A program made the position numbers and the translations under genes. Below are positions 21,775-29,919 of a stretch of 64,000 bases of DNA, one piece after another. Positions within the stretch are counted from its first letter, which is position 1; every line of letters starts with the position of its first letter. Origin of the DNA: an uncultured Gammaproteobacteria bacterium (lineage in GTDB: Bacteria > Pseudomonadota > Gammaproteobacteria > Ga0077536). The notes under the pieces were generated by a model, which ran no database searches, was not told where the DNA came from, and was given only the letters and a program-made list of their open reading frames with translations. Where the stretch lies: positions 12,673 through 76,672 of the forward strand of contig CALJHG010000012.1 in assembly GCA_938075585.1 (NCBI GenBank), in the 5' to 3' direction.

Positions 21775-22851
21775 TTAAGTTAGAGCTCTCTTCAACGCGC
21801 GCATTAATCGGTTGATATCTGTCTCGGAGATATCTCCCATCGGTGAAATTCTAAAGACTTCACTGGAAAATTTCCCTTGCCCCGCGTAAATAATAAAGCC
21901 AGAGCTTTTTAGTTCGTCATGTAGCTCCACGTATGTTTTTTTGGGAGGTAGTTTGAAACTAGCTAAAACACAAGAAGATTCCTCTCTATTAATCAACTCC
22001 TCTATACCGAGCCCGCTTAAGCAGCCCCTAATAGTGTTCATGCGATGTTGAAAAGTTGCGTTCCGTTGTCTCCAGCCACCGTGTTCAATAAACTCGTCAA
22101 GTGCCTCGTTTAGAGCGTAGAAGCATTGCACTGACTGAGTGAAAGGAGTTTCACCGCAATCTTGCTTGCTTAGATAAGTGGATAAATCCAGATAAACTGT
22201 TTTGGGAGGTCTAGCGGCGGCGAGAGCTGCCCGGTTGACCAATACAAAGGCAGCTCCGGGCACTCCGTGCAGACATTTATTAGCAGTAGCTGCGCACGCA
22301 TCAAGATTCCATTTTTCGAACTCAATATTCTCGCCGCCGAAACTGCTAACGCCATCTAGCAAAATACGCACCTCATGACGCTTACATATTTTCCCGAGCT
22401 GCTCAAGTTTGTTCAGGCGACCGGTTGTTGTTTCATGATGTACTAACGCAATGTGAGAAAACTGTTTTTGTTCCAGTATCGTTTCCAATTTATCGCCTTC
22501 TATAGCGTCAAGCCAGTCGGAATTTAAAACATCGTATTTTATTCCGTGAGCATGCGCAATTTTAGTCATGCGTTCGCCATACACCCCATTTTCCACAATC
22601 AAAATACGCTGATTTTCGGGTACAAGACTAGCAATCATCGCTTCTACTGCCGCAGTACCTGAGCCGGTGAGTAGAACACTCGCCCAGGTCGTAGCATCGA
22701 GATTATAGATTGAGATAAGTTTTTTTCTGATGGACTCCTGTAATAAACTGAACTCAGGCTCACGGTGGCAAAGATCCTCCTTGCCGAGCGCGTCACGTAC
22801 TCTCTTGGATAGCGATACCGGACCAGGATTTAGTAGGATTAATGGATTCAT
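21775..22851 (-). CDS. 2-aminoethylphosphonate:pyruvate aminotransferase (PhnW/AEPT type, class V PLP enzyme)
   Basis: LLNPGPVSLS, VHHETTTG, TANKCLHGVPGAAFV (PLP lysine) and FRISPMG. Colinear with Salmonella PhnW (SANKCIQGVPGFAFV, FRIGNIG). It is the last gene of the PepM operon. Confidence 0.85.
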   Translation of the reverse strand: MNPLILLNPGPVSLSKRVRDALGKEDLCHREPEFSLLQESIRKKLISIYNLDATTWASVLLTGSGTAAVEAMIASLVPENQRILIVENGVYGERMTKIAHAHGIKYDVLNSDWLDAIEGDKLETILEQKQFSHIALVHHETTTGRLNKLEQLGKICKRHEVRILLDGVSSFGGENIEFEKWNLDACAATANKCLHGVPGAAFVLVNRAALAAARPPKTVYLDLSTYLSKQDCGETPFTQSVQCFYALNEALDEFIEHGGWRQRNATFQHRMNTIRGCLSGLGIEELINREESSCVLASFKLPPKKTYVELHDELKSSGFIIYAGQGKFSSEVFRISPMGDISETDINRLMRALKRALT

Positions 22852-22867
22852 CTGAATTCTTATTTAT

Positions 22868-24028
22868 TTATAAATTGTTACTGTCGGTTGAGGCAATAGT
22901 GCGCATGAAACGTTGTAAAACTTCCGCTGGCTTAATCGCCGGTCTGGGTAAGTTCTCTATTGTGCCCGCTCGAATCTTTACGTGCATAAAATGACATCCC
23001 TTTTCAGTTTCATTACCAAGAAAATCGTCTAAGTACTTAAGTGAGTCGCTGCGCCAGACATGTTGGTAACCGCATGCCAATGCTATCTCAGAAAAGCCAG
23101 TTGCTCTAGATACGGTTTGCTGACCACCTGTAGAGTCATGCGCTTCATTATCAAGCAGCACATGTTTCAGATTACTAGGAGAATAAGCACCAATTGTGGC
23201 TAAATTGCCCATGCGCATGAGTGCAGCCCCGTCTCCATCGATAATTACAACTTTTAAGTCCGGCCTAGCTAATGCTAAACCTAGAGCTAGCGATGAGGCG
23301 CACCCCATCGAGCCAACCATATACAGATGGTTCGCACGATCGTTAATAGCGTAAAGCTCTCGTCCTGTATAACCAGTAGTCGCGATAAGAACTGTTTTCT
23401 CATCATTGGTTGCCTGAACAAGTTTTTTTAATACCTCGTGTCGCGTTAGTAGATTTGCGTGACTAGGTTCTTCAATAAATCTTTGGTTTTTCGCTGCTAT
23501 TGGTGCTGTCTGATCCTTTAACGTATACGGCGCCACAGATCCTTTTTCCATGATTAGAGCCTGTGGCAAACTACTTTCGTGCATGTTTGCCAACGCGGTT
23601 TCGATTGTTGTATTTATATTCTCTGACTTAGTTGGGAACCTAGCTACTGGAATACCAATAGTCTCAAATAATTTGCTCGTGATCTTACCCATAAGTTCAT
23701 GCTGTGGTTCGTCAGTAAGATTGGGTGCCCCGCGATGAGTGCAAATTATGAGTAATGGTATTTTGAAGGTATAAGTCAGCGATGTTAGTGGACTAATTGC
23801 GTTCCCTAAACCTGAATTCTGCATTATAGCAACGGAGGAGACTCCTCCAATTGCAGCTCCAGCCGCGGTAGCAACCGCATCGCCTTCGTTAGCGGCAGAA
23901 ATATATGTCAATGATCTTTCGTTAATCACATAGTTGATTAATGGTGTCAGAAATGAACATGGTACACCAGCATAAAAAGTAATATTTTTACTTTTCATTT
24001 CATCAATAAACTCTTTTGCGTCGATCAC
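22868..24028 (-). CDS. phosphonopyruvate decarboxylase
   Basis: N-terminal IDAKEFIDEMKSKNITFYAGVPCSFL and ThDP motif IIDGDGAALMRMGN..LLDNEAHDSTG. It lies immediately downstream of PepM. I place the start at GTG 24028 (M-IDAKEF), which removes the track's 41-nt overlap with PepM. Confidence 0.88.
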   Translation of the reverse strand: MIDAKEFIDEMKSKNITFYAGVPCSFLTPLINYVINERSLTYISAANEGDAVATAAGAAIGGVSSVAIMQNSGLGNAISPLTSLTYTFKIPLLIICTHRGAPNLTDEPQHELMGKITSKLFETIGIPVARFPTKSENINTTIETALANMHESSLPQALIMEKGSVAPYTLKDQTAPIAAKNQRFIEEPSHANLLTRHEVLKKLVQATNDEKTVLIATTGYTGRELYAINDRANHLYMVGSMGCASSLALGLALARPDLKVVIIDGDGAALMRMGNLATIGAYSPSNLKHVLLDNEAHDSTGGQQTVSRATGFSEIALACGYQHVWRSDSLKYLDDFLGNETEKGCHFMHVKIRAGTIENLPRPAIKPAEVLQRFMRTIASTDSNNL

Positions 24029-24038
24029 TTTATGACTC

Positions 24039-25682
24039 TTACTTGTGATTAGTCCCGGCAAAGGCGCTCGCCCTGTCAAGATCTGTTATTGAATTAACAT
24101 CGATCCAGTGTCCGTGAATATATATGACGCGAATAGGATTTCCGTCACTCAATATCTGGTTGATAAGATGTCGAAGGCTTAATTCGTTAAAATTTTGCTT
24201 TTCCTTTAACTTTTTCAGCGCATTTGTCAGCCATTCGCGACCGATCCCTTTAACTCTCAACATACCAATCCACCTCCCATCGGCTTGCTTTTCATTGAGG
24301 GTATCGTCAGTGCTTAGGTGCTCTAGCAAAATATCTTGTCCCCATAGGGTCCTATCGTCTGAAGCGGAGCAATACGCCAGATCCGGCACTCCTGAGCCTT
24401 CGTCAGATTTACTTTGGGAATCAACAACTATTGTCATCTCTCTATCCGATTCGAGTAAACTCCTGAGAACATATCCCCTAAAAAGTAAGTCACCATAAAT
24501 CACTACCATATCGTCACAAAAGCTAGCACTAGCGGTTAGCAATGAACTTAATTCACCACTGTTTGCATATTCATGATTGACTATTAAGTCGATTTTTTCT
24601 GTTGGGATCGTATCCGCTTTGTAACCCCCTACTATCGTCACAGCATCAACACCTTGTCTCTTACAACGCTCTACAAGTCTCGACAATAATGGTTTGCCAT
24701 TTACGGGAATCATTGCTTTAGGTCGATCTTTAGTTAGTTCGTCTAGCCCTTGCCCTCGCGAAGCTGCAAGAATTATAGCCTTTGTTCCTTTTCTCGCACC
24801 AAGAAAATATTGTCTTTCAGCCTCAGCTAATTCCTGGGCACCTTGAAGTCTAAATATTTCTTTAACACTTGCTATATCATCTTCTACTTCTGTGAGATTT
24901 TCTTGCTCTTTGATCTTAAAAGCACATTCTTGCATCGCGGTAATAGCACTTCTTATCAGGTGGTTAGCCCAGATGATTAGGTTGACGTTAGCATCGCGGA
25001 AAACCTGCGTTGGAGTGCTGTAATACTTTGTGGGCACTATAACTAGCGGCGCCCGAGACGCCCACTCTTTAGTAAATTCAAGAATTTGATCTGGTCGCGA
25101 CAAAGCGCTGTGGATTAAAATCGCGTCCGCGCCAGCCTTGTGATAGGCCTCTGCGCGACGAATCGCTTCTTTAGTTTCCCATCCCGCGATATAGGCCTCC
25201 ACTCGCGCCACGATACAAAAATCAGGGTCTAGATGGGAGTCTTTACCAGCAGCTATTTTCCCACAAAACTCATCGACGTCTGCTAGTTCTTGCTTCTCAC
25301 CATTTATGAAACTATTTTTTTTTGGAAATAATTTGTCTTCAATACAAACGCCCGCTACTCCGCGTTGTTCCAATTTACGCACTAGGCGTCTCATGTTATT
25401 GAAGTTACCGTACCCTGTATCTCCATCAAGCAATATCGGAACACTGGTTACATCTGCCATGAATTCTACCATGTCAACGATTTGCGTCCAGCTAGCTTCA
25501 TTATTGTCCCTGACACCAAACTGAGCTGATAGAGCCAATCCACTAGCCCAAATACCATTGAACCCTGCCTCTTCCGCAATACGCGCGCTGATACCGTTGT
25601 GCGCTTCAATAATAAAGTCTAATTCTTGCGTTTTAAGGAGATTTTTTAATTTGGAGGTTTTAGACATCATCTTTGTTTTCAC
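24039..25682 (-). CDS. phosphoenolpyruvate mutase (PepM) fused to a C-terminal nucleotidyltransferase domain
   Basis: Residues 1-290 or so carry [44 protein letters not shown] and the PepM-diagnostic EDKxxxxxNS ([13 protein letters not shown], residues 115-124). Residues 300-547 or so carry [28 protein letters not shown], an NTP-transferase fold. The start is GTG 25682 or ATG 25670. Confidence 0.9.
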   Translation of the reverse strand: MKTKMMSKTSKLKNLLKTQELDFIIEAHNGISARIAEEAGFNGIWASGLALSAQFGVRDNNEASWTQIVDMVEFMADVTSVPILLDGDTGYGNFNNMRRLVRKLEQRGVAGVCIEDKLFPKKNSFINGEKQELADVDEFCGKIAAGKDSHLDPDFCIVARVEAYIAGWETKEAIRRAEAYHKAGADAILIHSALSRPDQILEFTKEWASRAPLVIVPTKYYSTPTQVFRDANVNLIIWANHLIRSAITAMQECAFKIKEQENLTEVEDDIASVKEIFRLQGAQELAEAERQYFLGARKGTKAIILAASRGQGLDELTKDRPKAMIPVNGKPLLSRLVERCKRQGVDAVTIVGGYKADTIPTEKIDLIVNHEYANSGELSSLLTASASFCDDMVVIYGDLLFRGYVLRSLLESDREMTIVVDSQSKSDEGSGVPDLAYCSASDDRTLWGQDILLEHLSTDDTLNEKQADGRWIGMLRVKGIGREWLTNALKKLKEKQNFNELSLRHLINQILSDGNPIRVIYIHGHWIDVNSITDLDRASAFAGTNHK

Positions 25683-26419
25683 TCGGCCAGAATTCTAGGT
25701 AATATTTCAGTTTTCGCTCTCGTGACGTCTTCGGGATAATCAATTTCTATCCACGGCAAGTTGGTTATATCTTCTACGCCGATATTATAGCGTTCAATCG
25801 AAATAAGTTCTCTCAATGCTTCCTCGTGCGGCAGATGATGCTGGCCGTCACTCAACAGTTCAGAGATAATTGTCTCTAGTTTTCTGCACAGGTCAGTTGA
25901 AAATTTGAAAAAACCAACAGACTCGCCGATTTCATCGTAAGAGGTTCCTTTCGGTAGCTTTTTTCGAAATTCAACAATCTGTCGCTTTTTTAGACATATC
26001 TTTACGGGTTCGTCGCCTTCTATAAAATTTTTATCAATTAGAAAGCAGTTAGAAAACGGACTTTTAATAAGTCGTTTCAAAATAGCAGGGTGGTATAAAA
26101 CATCTGCATCCATCAAGATGATTTCACTGCCACCCGTTAACACGGCTCTGGTTGTCCAAAGGCTAACTAACGAACCGAGTCGAAACAGTGGATTGAAATG
26201 GAAAGCTACGTTTGGTGCACGAATAGATTGGATAAAGCGGCGAATTTCATGGGACATATGTCCCAGACAAAGATGAATTTCTGAAATTCCCTCCGCATTT
26301 AGGTTTTTAAGATGGTTTTCTAAAAGAGTACTCCCACCGAATTCAAGGAGACATTTCACCGATGGATGTGAACTGCCAAGCCGAGAACCTACCCCCGCTG
26401 CTAAAATAATGGCTTTCAT
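25679..26419 (-). CDS. LicC-like nucleotidyl(cytidylyl)transferase
   Basis: [15 protein letters not shown] glycine-rich NTP loop, about 245 aa, LicC/phosphocholine-cytidylyltransferase-like layout. Start placed at ATG 26419, which overlaps the upstream stop as ATGA. Confidence 0.75.
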   Translation of the reverse strand: MKAIILAAGVGSRLGSSHPSVKCLLEFGGSTLLENHLKNLNAEGISEIHLCLGHMSHEIRRFIQSIRAPNVAFHFNPLFRLGSLVSLWTTRAVLTGGSEIILMDADVLYHPAILKRLIKSPFSNCFLIDKNFIEGDEPVKICLKKRQIVEFRKKLPKGTSYDEIGESVGFFKFSTDLCRKLETIISELLSDGQHHLPHEEALRELISIERYNIGVEDITNLPWIEIDYPEDVTRAKTEILPRILAE

Positions 26420-27165
26420 TGTTTTCGCCCAATTAGTCGTTTCCACAATTCCGCGAAACCGAAGTAGGCGATAGCATCTTTCATATCAGATACAAAGCGC
26501 AGATAAGGGGACATGTTTGTGGAGGTTACATATTCCATGGTAAGCGCCACACGTTTTTCATTTACGCCACTAGGGGTGACTCGGTGTCTTACTTTGTCAC
26601 CGTTAAAAAACACAAGCTCGCCAGGCATCAATTTTATACTTTTCATAACAGTCTTAGCACCCTTTATCTTCGTGTAAAGTTCACACTCCAGTCTACAGGA
26701 AGAATTATCCTGCAGGCCGACTAACGCAGTGTATCTTGATTCGGAGTAGTACGAGGTATCGTAGTGGAATCCTATGTGATCTCCTTTTCGGGTATAGAGA
26801 TACAAGGCATATGCATGTGCGTCATTAGGGGGACAAGTTAATAATTTTTTATCCGTGATTTGAGAAAAGAGGTTTAAGCTAGATTTTGAGAAATAGACTT
26901 CTTTAAATGGCGGCGCATGCTCTTCTAAGCGAAAGCGAGAAACACTACCCCCGCTTTTATGTTTTGGGAGGTAGCTCCTGTGGACGTAAGGTTCAACTTC
27001 CGGCAGTATTTCTAACAATTGATTTGTTATACTCGCGGGCAAGAAGTCTGGAATGCGAATGAACTCGTCTGCTTTGAGAAAATCATCTCGCAAAATTCGG
27101 CCGTCAAATTGATTAATATGGGACGCTATTTCGTTTTCTATTTTAGTTTTGGATAGTGATTCCAT
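26416..27165 (-). CDS. Fe(II)/2-oxoglutarate-dependent oxygenase superfamily protein
   Basis: HxD...H facial triad candidates (GFHYDTS, then DKVRHRVTP) followed by RVALTMEY (a 2OG-binding Arg position). 249 aa. It is the first gene of the phosphonate operon. Confidence 0.6.
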   Translation of the reverse strand: MESLSKTKIENEIASHINQFDGRILRDDFLKADEFIRIPDFLPASITNQLLEILPEVEPYVHRSYLPKHKSGGSVSRFRLEEHAPPFKEVYFSKSSLNLFSQITDKKLLTCPPNDAHAYALYLYTRKGDHIGFHYDTSYYSESRYTALVGLQDNSSCRLECELYTKIKGAKTVMKSIKLMPGELVFFNGDKVRHRVTPSGVNEKRVALTMEYVTSTNMSPYLRFVSDMKDAIAYFGFAELWKRLIGRKQ

Positions 27166-27307
27166 ATCAGTATGATACTAAAATTTCTCGTTAATAGGTC
27201 TCTGTTGAGAGATCGTTGTTCGGCGAATTTGGTAGCAACTCGAATTTCGAGATTTTCCAAGGTTTAACGGTTATATCGATCAGGTTGGGGTAGTACAAAG
27301 AGAATCC

Positions 27308-28318
27308 ATGTCTAAGAGCATAAAAGTGTTATTTCTGTTACTAGGTGTTGCATTGTTGCTTCTAGTCATACGAGAAACAGACATTGAGAAATTGTGGCAG
27401 CACGTTACTTCTGTCGGTTTCTCAGGTATTTGTTTAATACTAATCGTGTATTTTTTCTATTTTGGGTCCGACGTCTTAAGTTGGCAAGTAGTACTAATTA
27501 AGTCCAGATTAAGTTTCCGCTGGTTCCTCCGACTTTATGCAGCTCGAATGGTTGGCGAAGCTTATAATAACATCACTCCTACTGCCTCTCTGGGCGGGGA
27601 GCCAATAAAGGCATGGCTGATGAAGGCGAACTGGGGCGTTCCGCTCCGCGATTCTGCTTCGTCTTTAGTCATCACTAAGACCGCTAGTATGTTATCCCTG
27701 AGTATTTTTGGGGCGATCGGTATTTTCTTGATGCTAGGCGAGGCCGTGTTCACAGTCACAGAAAAGAATGCAGCTATAGCCAGTGTGGTTTTCGTGATTT
27801 TTTCCACGATTGTGTTTTTTTTGATGCAGTATTTCCGGTTTTCCTCTTCTATTACTAAAAAGTTAGGACGCTTTGAATTTGCTAAAAATCTTACTAGTTC
27901 GTTCGCGGCTGTGGAAGACATTGATGATCAGTTCGTATCGTTCTACCAACGACATTACGTACTAGCATTTTTTTCGTGCTTGGCTGCAATGTGTAGTTGG
28001 CTATTCGGTGTTTTGGAAATATATGTCATTCTTTATCTGATAGGCTTTCCTTTAAGTATCCAAGAAGTATTTATTGTTGAGAGTGTTGTCCAGTTGGTGA
28101 GAGTCGTTACATTCTTCATACCAGCGGGGCTCGGGACTCAAGAAGGTGCTTTTTTGTTCACAATAGGCGCTCTTACCGGTTTGCCGGCATTGGGGGTTGC
28201 GACGGCTTTGCTCAGACGTTTCAGAGATTTTATTTGGATTGCTGGTAGCTTAGTGCTTGCCTCATTTTATTCTATCAAACCATGGTCTTCGTCGATTAAT
28301 TCTGTCGAAGACGGGTGA
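27308..28318 (+). CDS. UPF0104/LPG-synthase-TM (flippase-like) membrane protein, HpnL-like
   Basis: About 8 TM helices, with the family-typical SLGGEPIKA and IPAGLGTQEGAF motifs. It is located between the phosphonate operon and hpnA. Confidence 0.65.
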   Translation: MSKSIKVLFLLLGVALLLLVIRETDIEKLWQHVTSVGFSGICLILIVYFFYFGSDVLSWQVVLIKSRLSFRWFLRLYAARMVGEAYNNITPTASLGGEPIKAWLMKANWGVPLRDSASSLVITKTASMLSLSIFGAIGIFLMLGEAVFTVTEKNAAIASVVFVIFSTIVFFLMQYFRFSSSITKKLGRFEFAKNLTSSFAAVEDIDDQFVSFYQRHYVLAFFSCLAAMCSWLFGVLEIYVILYLIGFPLSIQEVFIVESVVQLVRVVTFFIPAGLGTQEGAFLFTIGALTGLPALGVATALLRRFRDFIWIAGSLVLASFYSIKPWSSSINSVEDG

Positions 28319-28330
28319 TTCTAGTTGTAG

Positions 28331-29320
28331 CTATTTCGATACAAAGTCATCAAACCACTTTGTGGCGTCTTCTATTGCTGTGACTGCTGATCTGCTCTTG
28401 TAATTGAGTTCTCGTCGAGCTTTGTCCGAGCTAAAGTACATTTGATAGGCAGCCATTTTTAAGCCCTCCACAGTAGCTTGTGGGGCTGGTCCATTAGTTA
28501 ACCAAGCCCAAAATTCAGAGATATAGGCTATTGGAAATATTAATTGCCTTGGTAAACAGATCCTCGGAGGTCTGCCGCCGCTAGCCTTAGCGACATAAAA
28601 TAAGATCTCCTTTAGTGTTAAGTCCTCGCCACCGAGTATGTATCTTTCTCCCACAGCACCACGCTGAAACGCTAGTATGTGTCCAGTTGCTATGTCATCC
28701 ACATGCGCAATATTCAATCCAGTATTCACGTAGGCAGGCATACGTCCATTTATTGCGTCTAAAATAATTCTGCCTGTGGGAGTCGGTTTTGCATCTCGAG
28801 GGCCAATGGGGGTCGAAGGATTTACAATAACGGCAGGCAAACCCTCGGTTCGGATTAATCGATCTACTTCTTTTTCGGCTAAAAATTTGGACCTCTTATA
28901 ATGTCCAATCATGTCAGAAAGCTTCGATTGGGTGGATTCGTCCGATACTGCGCCATCCTTTGTCACGCCTATAGTAGCGACACTACTAGTGTAGACTACA
29001 CGCTCAATACCACCCTCAAGCGCTCCTAACATGATATTTTTTGTTCCTAAAACATTGTTATCATATAAATCCTTGGAGCGGCGTGCCCATAGTCGGTAAT
29101 CCGCCGCCACATGATATAGGTGATTGCAGCCGCGGAGTGCATTTTTTATTGATGAAGGATCTTGTATATCTCCCACGAATTTTTCCGCTTCAATATCTTG
29201 AATTGTGCTTGTGTTACTGCTCTTCCGAATTAGTAATTTAATTTCGGCACCAGTTTTTTGTAGTGCACGGGCGATCGAGTTTCCGAGGAAACCGGTAGCC
29301 CCGGTGATTAATGTCTTCAT
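28331..29320 (-). CDS. hpnA: hopanoid-associated NAD-dependent sugar epimerase/SDR (HpnA)
   Basis: MKTLITGATGFLGNSIARAL Rossmann motif and YxxxK (YKRSK). 329 aa. It is the last gene of the sqs-hpnG-hpnN operon. Confidence 0.75.
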   Translation of the reverse strand: MKTLITGATGFLGNSIARALQKTGAEIKLLIRKSSNTSTIQDIEAEKFVGDIQDPSSIKNALRGCNHLYHVAADYRLWARRSKDLYDNNVLGTKNIMLGALEGGIERVVYTSSVATIGVTKDGAVSDESTQSKLSDMIGHYKRSKFLAEKEVDRLIRTEGLPAVIVNPSTPIGPRDAKPTPTGRIILDAINGRMPAYVNTGLNIAHVDDIATGHILAFQRGAVGERYILGGEDLTLKEILFYVAKASGGRPPRICLPRQLIFPIAYISEFWAWLTNGPAPQATVEGLKMAAYQMYFSSDKARRELNYKSRSAVTAIEDATKWFDDFVSK

Positions 29321-29322
29321 TA

Positions 29323-29919
29323 TTACCAGCTGCCTCCTACTACACTTCGGTACTGTTTATAGACGATAATGGCGCCAACAGGGGCGCCGATTGTTGCAGC
29401 GTACAAGAACAGTTGCAGTCCTTCGCACATTGTTACTATCGGTAAAAGATATAGAACATCTTCCGCCTCAAGCCCCGCCAAACTTGGTTGTTTAGTACCA
29501 ACCTTACCTATAGTGTCTTCAATTAGATAACGTAAATGGAAAATAAATGCCACCGAAAATCCTGCCAACATACCACCCAGTAGGTTAGACATTTGAACTG
29601 AGCTACTCAAGCCATATCCTATACTGACAAACAATAGTATCGTCACAATCCCGTCGGAAACTAGATCGAACAGATGCCCAAAACGAGTTGCTTTCTCGCC
29701 TATTCGGGCTAGTTCTCCATCCATGTGATCGATGAAGTTAGATAGCGCTATCATGAATGCAGCGGTGTTAATATGATCAGAAAAGGCAAATAGCCAACAA
29801 CCCATAACACCAATTAGCAGGCGCAGTGATGTGAAGTGGTTTGGTTGAACTGCTGTCGAAGATGCGAAAGGTGTGACAAGCCAAGCTGCTAACCGAGCAT
29901 CCCACGGTTTATTTCTCAT
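29323..29919 (-). CDS. CDP-alcohol phosphatidyltransferase family protein
   Basis: Exact signature D(x)2DG(x)2AR(x)8G(x)3D(x)3D in DHMDGELARIGEKATRFGHLFDLVSD. 198 aa, about 5 TM helices. Its ATG lies 11 nt inside the 3' end of hpnN, and its stop is 2 nt from the hpnA start. Confidence 0.85.
   Translation of the reverse strand: MRNKPWDARLAAWLVTPFASSTAVQPNHFTSLRLLIGVMGCWLFAFSDHINTAAFMIALSNFIDHMDGELARIGEKATRFGHLFDLVSDGIVTILLFVSIGYGLSSSVQMSNLLGGMLAGFSVAFIFHLRYLIEDTIGKVGTKQPSLAGLEAEDVLYLLPIVTMCEGLQLFLYAATIGAPVGAIIVYKQYRSVVGGSW

Noticed and set aside
21775-22851. Whether the aminotransferase is HpnO (aminobacteriohopanetriol formation) rather than an AEP transaminase
   Set aside because: HpnO is a class-III (ornithine/acetylornithine-type) aminotransferase. 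This protein is class V and is colinear with PhnW (TANKCLHGVPGAAFV, HHETTTG, FRISPMG). It also sits at the end of the PepM-Ppd operon.
24029-24079. Apparent 41-nt overlap between the PepM-NTase gene and the phosphonopyruvate decarboxylase gene
   Set aside because: It is an artefact of taking the longest ORF (TTG 24079). An in-frame GTG at 24028 gives M-IDAKEFIDEMKSKNITFYAGVPCS, which matches typical decarboxylase N-termini and leaves a 10-nt gap after the PepM stop.
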